Origin: a virus
Taxonomy: Duplodnaviria > Caudoviricetes
Strand: one strand, 5' to 3'
IMG/VR virus record: IMGVR_UViG_3300046061_000016
Coordinates: 1-37,323 of that record
DNA: 37,323 nucleotides
Positions 1-8,040 of this stretch are shown here, one piece after another. Position 1 is the first letter of the stretch. Each line of letters begins with the position of its first letter. Under the pieces are notes generated by a model that saw only the letters and a program-made list of their open reading frames with translations, did no database searches and had not been told where the DNA came from. A program made the translations under genes and the position numbers.

Positions 1-2
1 CG

Positions 3-131
3 ATTCCGATGGAGGAGGAGCGGGCTGCGGTGCGTCGCGTCTGCGAGGAGGCCGTGAAGTTCCTCGAGGGCGCTCGTGACCAAGGCAGCCTGTTTGAAGG
101 CGATGGCATTCCCGACGAGCGCATGAGCTAA
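3..131 (+). CDS. 3' end of a gene truncated by the window edge (hypothetical, ends ...QGSLFEGDGIPDERMS)
   Basis: Open frame from base 3 to TAA at 129-131 with genome-typical codons; the next ATG is at 141. Confidence 0.7.
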   Translation: MPMEEERAAVRRVCEEAVKFLEGARDQGSLFEGDGIPDERMS

Positions 132-140
132 TACCTGCTT

Positions 141-464
141 ATGTCTCAGCCCTACCACAACACGACCGGCCTGGCCGGCGAGCAGCTGGAGCGCCGCATC
201 GAGCAGGCCCAGAGCCAAGAAGAGGCTGTCGAGGCTCTGTTTGAGGCCCATCCGGCGTCCCGCCTCACGCCTTTTGAGGTGCAAGACGTCGCGCTGCCGG
301 ACAGCCCCATCACTTCGGTCCGCCGTGCAATCACCAATCTCACGGACCAGGGGGTGCTCCGGAAAACCGACGGCCAGAGGGAAGGGCCGTATGGCGACCC
401 GAACTACACTTGGACGCTCAACCGCGAGCCAACCCTGTTCGACCAATCCGACATCGACCCTTGA
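141..464 (+). CDS. Winged-helix DNA-binding protein (phage hypothetical)
   Basis: LTPFEV...SVRRAITNLTDQGVLRKT...YTWTL has a wHTH-like pattern. Confidence 0.6.
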   Translation: MSQPYHNTTGLAGEQLERRIEQAQSQEEAVEALFEAHPASRLTPFEVQDVALPDSPITSVRRAITNLTDQGVLRKTDGQREGPYGDPNYTWTLNREPTLFDQSDIDP

Positions 465-506
465 ACATCGAACTCGCTGACATATCGCACTCGCTGATAC
501 GACGCC

Positions 507-716
507 ATGAGCACGCCACCCCCTACGCACAAATCCGTCTCGCTCCGCGTTCGCTCGCGGCATCTGTACTACGTCCGGTCAATACTGGAGGCCATCGGCG
601 CCCAGGACGTAAAGGTGACCGGCCACGCGGCCGGATTAGTTCACCTCCGGTGCACGGTGCCTGAACGCGCGATCGACGAGCTGCCACACGAACTCGACGA
701 GCAAAACGCGACATGA
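507..716 (+). CDS. Small hypothetical protein
   Basis: 69 aa, ATG start, ATGA overlap with the next gene. Confidence 0.6.
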   Translation: MSTPPPTHKSVSLRVRSRHLYYVRSILEAIGAQDVKVTGHAAGLVHLRCTVPERAIDELPHELDEQNAT

Positions 717-925
717 AAAAGCAAGACCTCGCGATCAAGGTGAAGGACCACCGCGGCCCCTCGGGCGAACCGGACGTGACTGTGCATCGCTTCGACGACC
801 ACAAGGCGTACCTGCAGAAGATGAAGGAGGTCACACGGCAGCCCCAGGCCCAGGTCACCGAGCGCACACGCACGATCATCCACGTACAGCCTGAGACTCA
901 AAAACCGCTTTTTGCCGATGAGTGA
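713..925 (+). CDS. Small hypothetical protein ending in QKPLF
   Basis: Coupled to both neighbours by overlaps; typical codon usage. Confidence 0.65.
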   Translation: MKKQDLAIKVKDHRGPSGEPDVTVHRFDDHKAYLQKMKEVTRQPQAQVTERTRTIIHVQPETQKPLFADE

Positions 926-1469
926 CTCCGCCGAACACGTCAACGACACCTACACGCTCGACGAGTTCAACGAAAAGTACGGCCCGACGGCCGACCAGGC
1001 GACAGTTGAGCTCGGAGACAACTACCAGAAGGTCGTGGCCGTCGATCCTGGTTCCACGACCGGCCTTGCCGTCACCGGGAGCGGTAGTGTCAAGACCTAC
1101 ACACGAGATTTCTGGGAGGTCTACGCTCGGGCACAATTAGTCGATGGCCCTAGCCCGGGCGACACGCTCTATATCGTCGAGGCCCCGTACAAGACGGCTG
1201 TCACGCATCAAAGCATCATCGCCGGCCAAAAGCGCCTCAGTGCCCAGCTAAAGATCGCGCAGAATGCGGGGGGCGTGCAGCGCGAAGCCGAGCTCCTCGT
1301 GGCGGGGCTGCGGAGGCTGGGCTACGACGTGGTCGAGCATGAGCCCTCGACGAGCAAGAAGTGGGACCATGAGGCTTTGGAGGCGCTGGTCGGCGAGTGG
1401 AACGGCCCCTCGAACGAGCACACCCGTGACGCGCTGATGATGCTCGTCGCACACGGATTTCTTCCGTAG
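918..1469 (+). CDS. RuvC-like Holliday junction resolvase (RNase H fold)
   Basis: VVAVDPGSTTGLAV, YIVEAP and HTRDAL supply the D/E/D acidic catalytic pattern of RuvC-like phage resolvases; ATG at 918 preferred over TTG at 912. Confidence 0.75.
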   Translation: MSDSAEHVNDTYTLDEFNEKYGPTADQATVELGDNYQKVVAVDPGSTTGLAVTGSGSVKTYTRDFWEVYARAQLVDGPSPGDTLYIVEAPYKTAVTHQSIIAGQKRLSAQLKIAQNAGGVQREAELLVAGLRRLGYDVVEHEPSTSKKWDHEALEALVGEWNGPSNEHTRDALMMLVAHGFLP

Positions 1470-1513
1470 CACACTCTCTTCCAAACTCTTTTCCGACACC
1501 TAGACGCTGAGCC

Positions 1514-1939
1514 ATGTCCATCCGCTTCTACACGACCGACGTCGACGTTGAAAAAACCGCCCGAGAGATCCAGCAGATCCTTGCATCGTCTGATGCGCGC
1601 CGCGTGACGATGATGTACGACGACGAGAGGCGACCAACGGCCGTCAGGTTCGTCCTGCAGATCGACAACCAGCCGCTTCCTTTCCACATCGAACCGGATG
1701 TTGAGGGCATGGAGAAAGCCCTCAACGAAGACGGCGATACGCCCGGCACCTTCGACGCCGACCAGGCCCGCCGCGTCGCGTGGCGCGTCCATAAGGAGTG
1801 GCTCAACGCGATTCTCGCATTCCGGGATACCCGACAGGCACAGCTGGACCAACTGCTTCTGGGCTTCGGCGTAACCAGCGACGGCCAGACGGTCCACGAG
1901 CGGCTCGTCGACGACCGCAAGCTTCTTGACTCCCCATAA
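1514..1939 (+). CDS. Phage hypothetical protein
   Basis: 141 aa; YTTDVDVEKT...QARRVAWR..KEW resembles a recurrent phage hypothetical family (from memory). Confidence 0.75.
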   Translation: MSIRFYTTDVDVEKTAREIQQILASSDARRVTMMYDDERRPTAVRFVLQIDNQPLPFHIEPDVEGMEKALNEDGDTPGTFDADQARRVAWRVHKEWLNAILAFRDTRQAQLDQLLLGFGVTSDGQTVHERLVDDRKLLDSP

Positions 1940-2063
1940 CTCCAAGCTTACCCGTGGCTTGGCCGTCGGGTACAGCGGACGTTCTGTCTCTGTTATTGCC
2001 CAGGGAATCCCACTCCCCACCGCTTCATTTTCCTCACCACGTGTACTGCCAATACAGTAAGCT

Positions 2064-3212
2064 ATGAGATCTGCAAAAGAACGACTCCACGACGTCTTCC
2101 GCAAAGGTCATCCCGGCTCCACAGGCCCCGATTACAGGCGGGCCCTAAAAGTGCTAGCCGATGTGATCGACGACGTGGACGGCCGTGTCGACCAGATCAG
2201 CGAGGAGGTTGAGGCCAAAGAGACCGACCACGACGCCCTTTCGGGTCTATTCGGCCGTTACGATGAGATGATCGACGACCTCAGGAACCGGATAAGCGGG
2301 GTGGACGACCGCGTCGAGCGTATGGACGAGAAGCAAAACCAAGCGTACGACTGGATCGACGACCTCGGCGATTGGCTAAGCGAGGTGGACGACCGGCTGG
2401 TTGACCTGGAAGACGAGGTGGAGGCGCTGAAAGAGGGCGAGTACGACTACGACGCGATGGCGGGCCTCACCGGTCGCCTCGAGGAACGCATCGACGAGAA
2501 CGCCAAGCGCCTGGAGCAGGCCATAAAGTGGATTGAGCGGCTCCAGGATAGCATGATCGACAAGGCCCGGTCGATCGAGGAGCTCTCCCAAGAGGTGGGC
2601 GATCGAAAGCGTGAGGTGGACGGCCTGGACACGCGTCTCGAACGCCTGGAGGAGCGACTCGCCCCGATCCGCAGTGAGTTGTATCGCCTCGCCGATACGC
2701 ATAACGAGCTGGCATCGCTTGTTACAGAACTTGAATCTCGCCTTGAAGACGTCGAGAAGGAGCAGGGCCTCCAGGACCGGTACCTGTCCGACCTGCGAGG
2801 CCAGATTGCTGACGTCGAGCAAACAGCTAACGACACCGACGCCCTCCTCACTGACGTTCTGACCGAGCTGGAGCTCGAGGAAGAGCAGTGGGCCCCGCTC
2901 CGGTTGGGCACCGGCGGCTCGTGGGGCGGGTGGCACGAAGATGAGCAGGAGGAGGGCGAGGACCTGCCCCACGCCCGACACCGGGAGCTGGCCGAGGACG
3001 TCCGAGCGGTCTTCTCCAACGCGGACATTGCCGTTCGCGAGAGCGACGAGCAGCCGGGCCTCGACGTCGAGATCGACGGCGTTTCCTACTACGTCGATCC
3101 CAACCGGTCCGTCGGGCAAAAGGTCGACGGCTGGAAGCTGGAGCGGAACCACCGCGCCTGGCTGGTCGAGCAGGCGCTGACGTTTCTCGAGCGGCGTGTA
3201 TCCGACCAATAA
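2064..3212 (+). CDS. Highly acidic long coiled-coil protein
   Basis: Heptad pattern over ~250 aa, D/E-rich, with internal repeats. Confidence 0.8.
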   Translation: MRSAKERLHDVFRKGHPGSTGPDYRRALKVLADVIDDVDGRVDQISEEVEAKETDHDALSGLFGRYDEMIDDLRNRISGVDDRVERMDEKQNQAYDWIDDLGDWLSEVDDRLVDLEDEVEALKEGEYDYDAMAGLTGRLEERIDENAKRLEQAIKWIERLQDSMIDKARSIEELSQEVGDRKREVDGLDTRLERLEERLAPIRSELYRLADTHNELASLVTELESRLEDVEKEQGLQDRYLSDLRGQIADVEQTANDTDALLTDVLTELELEEEQWAPLRLGTGGSWGGWHEDEQEEGEDLPHARHRELAEDVRAVFSNADIAVRESDEQPGLDVEIDGVSYYVDPNRSVGQKVDGWKLERNHRAWLVEQALTFLERRVSDQ

Positions 3213-3252
3213 CCAAATCACTTATATCCCAATCCACACATCCCAATCCACT

Positions 3253-3903
3253 ATGCAAGACCCCACAGTCGACACCCTCTCCCGCAACGGGCACACGCCG
3301 CAGGACCTGGACAACGTGTGGACCGCAAAGCCGGCCCTCATCTGCGACCTCGACGGCACGCTCCGGTATAACAAGAACGACCCGCCCGAGAGCGGAAACC
3401 GCTCGTTCATCAACGACGCCTATGAGATTGCCTTCTACGACCACGTCATCGAGGCGCTCTGGCGCTACCGCGAGGATGGCTTTCTCATCGCGATCGTCAC
3501 CAACCAGGGCGGCATGGCGCATGGCCACATGGGCATGCCCGCCTGGCACCGCCAGCAAGGCCGCATGCAGGAGCTGGCCACGGAGATCGACGACCGCGGC
3601 ATGCCGACCCACATGACGCTCCCGGCCTTCTGCATGGAGGGTGGCAGCGAGGACCTCTACGCCTACGCGTCGCTGCGGCGGAAGCCGGCCTACGGCAACC
3701 TGGCCATTTTAGAGAACCAGGCCCGCATGAACAACGCCCGCATCAAGTGGGGCTCCTCCTACGTCATCGGCGACCGGCAGGAAGATAAGCAGATGGCCAC
3801 GGCGGCCCGCGAGGCGGTGGCGGTGGATGGGCCCACCTTCATGTGGGCCTCCGACTGGCGACAGCAGATCGAGGAAGAGTTTGCCGGGGGTGATGCGCCG
3901 TGA
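3253..3903 (+). CDS. HAD-superfamily class IIIA phosphatase (PNKP 3'-phosphatase / GmhB-HisB-like)
   Basis: Motif I DLDGT, motif II TNQGG, motif III RKP, motif IV IGDRQED; ATG at 3253 follows a C/A-rich leader. Confidence 0.85.
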   Translation: MQDPTVDTLSRNGHTPQDLDNVWTAKPALICDLDGTLRYNKNDPPESGNRSFINDAYEIAFYDHVIEALWRYREDGFLIAIVTNQGGMAHGHMGMPAWHRQQGRMQELATEIDDRGMPTHMTLPAFCMEGGSEDLYAYASLRRKPAYGNLAILENQARMNNARIKWGSSYVIGDRQEDKQMATAAREAVAVDGPTFMWASDWRQQIEEEFAGGDAP

Positions 3904-4019
3904 GCCCCTCGACCCTCGAGATCACAGGCTATACCGACCAGATGCTCCAGGCCCGCGCCAAGGAGCTGGCCGAGGAGTCGTGTCACACCGTCATCGTGAT
4001 CGCCGTTCAGGATGCGTGA
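3900..4019 (+). CDS. 39-aa small ORF (MSPSTLEITGYTDQMLQARAKELAEESCHTVIVIAVQDA), absent from the ORF track
   Basis: GTG overlaps the HAD stop (GTGA); its TGA at 4017-4019 lies just past the next ATG at 4012, so it fills the gap exactly. Confidence 0.55.
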   Translation: MSPSTLEITGYTDQMLQARAKELAEESCHTVIVIAVQDA

Positions 4020-4848
4020 TTTTGGATCCGCCTACCGCTGGGGCGTACCCATCGCCGTGGCGGCGCTTCTGGCGTGGCTCGTGGTCGACTGCGCACGCGG
4101 CCAGCCTGTGTCCGTGCGGGGCGAGGGTGGAATTGTGGCTTGGGCGACGGCCAGCCACGGCTATCAGCACGCCATGCGTGGGCGCGCCGATCTGACTGCG
4201 GACTGGAAACCAGCTGAAAACGTCCGCATCGTCGCTCGCGCCAAGCTATCGCTCAAGCGGTGGGGGACGGACGACGCTTTCATCGAGCACGCCGTCCTCA
4301 GCGCCGAAACGGCCCGTGTGTATTCCAGAAGGCAGGGCGCGTCGATCGGCGTCCGGTGGCAGGTTCTCGAGGTGGGCGCCGAGTACGATCGTCGGAGCGT
4401 GCATCACGTGTGGCGCCATAAGCGCCGGGAGCCGAGGCACAACTATTTTCCCGGCTCGTGGCAAGTCGGCCGGAGCGGGGATGCGCCCTCCTACGAGACC
4501 GACCCGATCTATCCCTCGCTCGGGTACTGGGATGGGGCTCGGCCATACCTGCGCATCAGCCATGAAGGCGCCCGTCTCGTGCTGCGCGGCCCACTCGTCC
4601 GCTGGAAGGGGCTTACGCTCCCGTGGCCCGCTGTGAGGATGACAGCGGGGTATAGATGGGGCTCTTGGCGCGCAGGGATCAACGTGCAGGGCCTCCGCCA
4701 CCGCGACGTCACGGGCACGTTGCGTATCGAGCGACATGTCACCGGTCCGCTCTGGCTCCAGGGAACCGGTGGGTGGGCTCACCCGCCGCAGTGGCGAGAC
4801 CAACGGTTGGGGCGGATCGCGTTTGGCTTGATCATCAGAACCAAGTAA
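4012..4848 (+). CDS. Secreted, probably outer-membrane beta-barrel-like protein
   Basis: Signal peptide (...VAALLAWLVVDCARG|Q), alternating hydrophobic/aromatic strands, Trp/Arg/Gly-rich, C-terminal strand GRIAFGLII. Confidence 0.6.
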   Translation: MRDFGSAYRWGVPIAVAALLAWLVVDCARGQPVSVRGEGGIVAWATASHGYQHAMRGRADLTADWKPAENVRIVARAKLSLKRWGTDDAFIEHAVLSAETARVYSRRQGASIGVRWQVLEVGAEYDRRSVHHVWRHKRREPRHNYFPGSWQVGRSGDAPSYETDPIYPSLGYWDGARPYLRISHEGARLVLRGPLVRWKGLTLPWPAVRMTAGYRWGSWRAGINVQGLRHRDVTGTLRIERHVTGPLWLQGTGGWAHPPQWRDQRLGRIAFGLIIRTK

Positions 4849-4855
4849 AACGAAA

Positions 4856-4895
4856 AACGAAACGAGATGCTGACGTCGTTTCGTTCTTTTTCTTT
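4856..4895 (+). terminator. Intrinsic terminator
   Basis: 10-bp stem AACGAAACGA/TCGTTTCGTT followed by CTTTTTCTTT; A-rich upstream flank, possibly bidirectional. Confidence 0.65.
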
Positions 4896-4932
4896 CGCCG
4901 GCTGCCTGCGTTGTTAAAGAGATTCCCCTCCT

Positions 4933-5253
4933 GTGGCGTACGACTGGCCGCCCGGCTGGAACGACTCCCATTTGGAGCGGGCCCTCCAGCACTGGATCTG
5001 CGAGCGCCTCGAGGTGCCGAAGTACGCCGTGCGCGTGTCAATCGACAGCGATGGGGGCCCGATCGGGCCCGAGGTGGACATCTTCAAGCCGCTGGGGGAG
5101 AAGCCGACCGAGGCCGTCCTGGAGGTGGTGGCCCGCGTCGCGCAGTTTGGGAAGCCCGAGGTGGCGATTGGTCTCCCCCTCGAGAAAACCGGTGATCGGA
5201 CTTGGCGCCTCAGCTATTCATGGGTAGGCCACACGAGCACGCCCGCCGGTTGA
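4933..5253 (+). CDS. Hypothetical protein
   Basis: 106 aa, GTG start, flanked by two terminator-like hairpins. Confidence 0.6.
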   Translation: MAYDWPPGWNDSHLERALQHWICERLEVPKYAVRVSIDSDGGPIGPEVDIFKPLGEKPTEAVLEVVARVAQFGKPEVAIGLPLEKTGDRTWRLSYSWVGHTSTPAG

Positions 5254-5294
5254 ACTTTTGGATGACCTTCTCCATTTTAGCATCGCATCTTCCG

Positions 5295-5352
5295 CGGCAC
5301 GGCTGGCAGGCCCACGAGATCGCGCTCTGGGCGCTGGCCGTGCCGTTTTTTT
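5295..5352 (+). terminator. Long hairpin plus T7 tract; terminator at the end of the early/middle block
   Basis: CGGCACGGCTGGC/GCTGGCCGTGCCG 13-bp stem (2 G-U), inner GCCCA/TGGGC stem, then TTTTTTT. Confidence 0.7.
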
Positions 5353-5353
5353 A

Positions 5354-5386
5354 TTGGCCGACCCACCTGGTTGGCCGACCCACCTG
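5354..5386. repeat. Perfect 16-bp direct repeat TTGGCCGACCCACCTG x2
   Basis: Copies at 5354-5369 and 5371-5386, ~30 bp upstream of the first virion gene. Confidence 0.9.
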
Positions 5387-5415
5387 ATCACTTTGCATTA
5401 CTAACGCTCCGTGCC

Positions 5416-6042
5416 ATGAGCTACGACGTGTCCACAGGATTCTCGGGCGCCGCGACGGGCGCCGGGGCCGGCGCCACAGTCGGCTCTGTCGTTCCGGGTA
5501 TTGGCACCGCAATCGGTGCCGGCGTTGGGGGGGGCCTCGGCGCCGCGACCGGCTTCTTCGGGGGCGGCGATGACGACGAGGCGCGCCAGCAGGCGATCAA
5601 AAAGAACCGCAACCTGCTCGGCATGCTCGAAAACCGCTTCCGCACGAAGCAGATGCGGGATCCGACCGAGACGACCCTCTTCTCGGCTGGCATGAGCCAG
5701 GCGCAGGAGCAGGCCCGGCGCCAGGCGGAGACCGACGCCAGCCAGGCGGCCGCCCGCGGCCTCACCGGCAGCCAGTATGCGGTCGCTCAGGACGCCAATC
5801 GCCAGCAGCAGCTGGCCCGCACGCAGCGCCAGCTACTCGTTCGCAGCGACCGCGTCCAGCGCGAGGAGGAGCGGGCCGCCCTGCGCAGCCTCCTGCGGCA
5901 GCGCGGCACCCTCAACAACCTGATCGAGGGCAAGGCGGCCGCCCAGCGCCAGGGCGACCTGCAACGCGCACAGCTGGCCCAGGGCGCGCTGCGCACCGCT
6001 GGCCAGTTTGCCCTGTCCGGAGGCGGTGGAGGGGGAGGATGA
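5416..6042 (+). CDS. Putative internal virion / DNA-ejection protein
   Basis: N-terminal glycine zipper (GAATGAGAGATVG...GAGVGGGLGAATG) followed by Gln/Ala/Arg helices; position in the module. Confidence 0.65.
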   Translation: MSYDVSTGFSGAATGAGAGATVGSVVPGIGTAIGAGVGGGLGAATGFFGGGDDDEARQQAIKKNRNLLGMLENRFRTKQMRDPTETTLFSAGMSQAQEQARRQAETDASQAAARGLTGSQYAVAQDANRQQQLARTQRQLLVRSDRVQREEERAALRSLLRQRGTLNNLIEGKAAAQRQGDLQRAQLAQGALRTAGQFALSGGGGGGG

Positions 6043-6084
6043 CACCCGCGCCGCCTGCGACTATGTACCAACTCAATACGTCTT

Positions 6085-7446
6085 ATGCCTGCGATCGCAA
6101 CACCCACCGAAGCTCTCAAGGCCGAGCTGGCAACGCAGCGCCAGCAAGGGCCCGACCCCGTCACCCCCGCTCCCCTCGAACAAATTGCGCAGGGAGCGAT
6201 GGGCCAGCGCTTTACCTTCGCCGGCGCCCCGGATGATGGAGGGCGCCGCTCGCCGGCGTCCGAGGGAGGCGCTCAAGCGAGAGCGAATGAGCCGACCCGG
6301 CCCACGCTCGACTTGCCTCGCGTCCAGACCGACGTCGAGCGCCCGGAGCGAGGCACCGAGCGGCGCAACCTGCAGCGCCTGGTGCAGGGGCTGGGGGCCC
6401 TCGGGGCCGTGGCCGGGGCCGTCGGCGACTCGACACTGATGACCGCGGTCGGGGCCGGCCTGGCACAAGGGGCCGGCCAAGCGCAGACGCGGTCCGAGCA
6501 GCGGTACCAGCAGCGCCTCAGCAGCTACGAACAGTTTGTGCGGGGTGCCCGCAAGGCCAACCGGCAGCGGCGCCGTGCGGAGGCGGAAGCGGAGTATGAG
6601 GCCGCCCTCGCCGACTACAAGCTCGATCGGCAGGCAAGCCAGGCGGAGCAGCAGTTCGAGCGCAAGAAGGAGCTCGAGGAGATGCGGGCCGAGCTGGACC
6701 AGCCGAGCGAGACGGAGAAGGCCGTTCAGCGGGCCAAGGAAGACTACTACGAGGCGGGCGCCACGAAGCGCCGTGCGGCCGCGGAGGCGGAGGAGGCGCA
6801 GGCCGGATACTACGACCGCCGCCCCACGACGGGCGGCGAGGGCGACCTCCCCTCGACTCCCAAGGACGTCGAGCGCGAGCTCGCGACCGTCAAGAGCCAG
6901 ATCCAGGCGCTCCGGTCGCGTTACCAGCAGGTGCCCACCGGCCGGTACGGCCAGCCCGACCAGGTGCGCCAGCGCCAGGTCGGACAGCAGATCGACAATC
7001 TCATCAAGCGGCGCGAGGCGCTCAAGGCGCGGCAGGCGCGGCTCCAAAACGGGCAGAGCGGCGGCCAGCAGATCCCGGAGGAGGACCTCACCGAAAACCG
7101 CGAGACGTTTATGAACCAGCCTGCGCCCGTCCAGGGCGCGACGGCGCCGGGCCGAGAAGGCGCTGGCGCCAACGCAAACGGGAACCGACCCACCGCCCCG
7201 GCCGACACGCCGGCCAGCCAGCAGGACACCCGGCAGCGCCCCACCGACGTCTCCGATCAGGTATCTGGCCGAATGCGCCGGCGCGTCCTGCAGAATATCC
7301 CCGAGGACGACACCACCACCTACAAAGGCGAGCGCTACTCGACGCGCCAGGTGGCCCTCAACGCGATCCCGCTCGTCCAGTCCGACACCACCACCTACAC
7401 GCCCGAGAAGTTTCGGCAGCGCTTTGGCTTCAATCCGTTCCAGTAG
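6085..7446 (+). CDS. Putative internal virion / ejection protein
   Basis: Hydrophobic Gly/Ala segment LVQGLGALGAVAGAVG...VGAGLAQGAG, long helical region, adjacent to the giant protein. Confidence 0.6.
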   Translation: MPAIATPTEALKAELATQRQQGPDPVTPAPLEQIAQGAMGQRFTFAGAPDDGGRRSPASEGGAQARANEPTRPTLDLPRVQTDVERPERGTERRNLQRLVQGLGALGAVAGAVGDSTLMTAVGAGLAQGAGQAQTRSEQRYQQRLSSYEQFVRGARKANRQRRRAEAEAEYEAALADYKLDRQASQAEQQFERKKELEEMRAELDQPSETEKAVQRAKEDYYEAGATKRRAAAEAEEAQAGYYDRRPTTGGEGDLPSTPKDVERELATVKSQIQALRSRYQQVPTGRYGQPDQVRQRQVGQQIDNLIKRREALKARQARLQNGQSGGQQIPEEDLTENRETFMNQPAPVQGATAPGREGAGANANGNRPTAPADTPASQQDTRQRPTDVSDQVSGRMRRRVLQNIPEDDTTTYKGERYSTRQVALNAIPLVQSDTTTYTPEKFRQRFGFNPFQ

Positions 7447-7469
7447 GCTCACGAGCCGACGTCTTTTGA

Positions 7470-8027
7470 ATGACCGAGCTCCCGGAGGATGCGATCCACT
7501 TGATCAAGCGGTGGGAGGGATTTCGCTCCCGCTGGTATGCCGACGCTGGTGGCGTGCGCACCATCGGGTTTGGCACCACCGACATCGACGTGCCGGCCGA
7601 GCCGGGCGCGATCGACCCACCGATCACCCGCACCCGCGGGGAGCAGCTGCTAAGACGCTCGATCGAGACCCAGTACGAGCCGTGCGTGCGCGAGTCGCTC
7701 CGGCGCGAGGCGACGCCGCACCAGCTGGGGGCGATGGTGAGCCTGGCCTACAACATCGGCTGCGGCGCCTTCGGCGATTCGACGCTCGTGCAGCTGTTCA
7801 ACGCCAGCGAGACCGTGGAGGCCGCCGACGAGTTTTTGCGCTGGAAGTACGTCGGCGGCGAGGTGGTCGAGGGGCTGCTGCGCCGGCGCCGGGCTGAGCG
7901 CGCGTTTTACTTTGGCGAGCTGGGCCCGGCGTTTTCGATCGAGGCCAAGCAGGTGCCCGTCGCGGGCGTTGAGCGGCTCGGCACGCCCGCCCTGGCCGAC
8001 CTGCTGCGCCGCATCGACCTTGAATAA
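7470..8027 (+). CDS. GH24 (T4-type) phage lysozyme
   Basis: IKRWEGFRSRWYADAGGVRTIGFG has the exact E-X8-D-X5-T triad; also SLAYNIG and GLLRRRRAE. Confidence 0.92.
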   Translation: MTELPEDAIHLIKRWEGFRSRWYADAGGVRTIGFGTTDIDVPAEPGAIDPPITRTRGEQLLRRSIETQYEPCVRESLRREATPHQLGAMVSLAYNIGCGAFGDSTLVQLFNASETVEAADEFLRWKYVGGEVVEGLLRRRRAERAFYFGELGPAFSIEAKQVPVAGVERLGTPALADLLRRIDLE

Positions 8028-8040
8028 CACGCACTGGCCC

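Noticed and set aside
2044-2059. TACTG-N6-CAGTA palindrome as a LexA/SOS box
   Set aside because: Spacing is CTG-N6-CAG rather than the N10 of the proteobacterial box; single copy, could be chance
7912-8040. Track start of the giant ORF at TTG 7912
   Set aside because: Overlaps the lysozyme by more than 100 nt; ATG at 8041 follows its stop with a typical leader. Similar over-extended track starts were trimmed at 3196, 5371, 21337, 21876, 23119, 28087, 30179, 33393, 35481 and 35726
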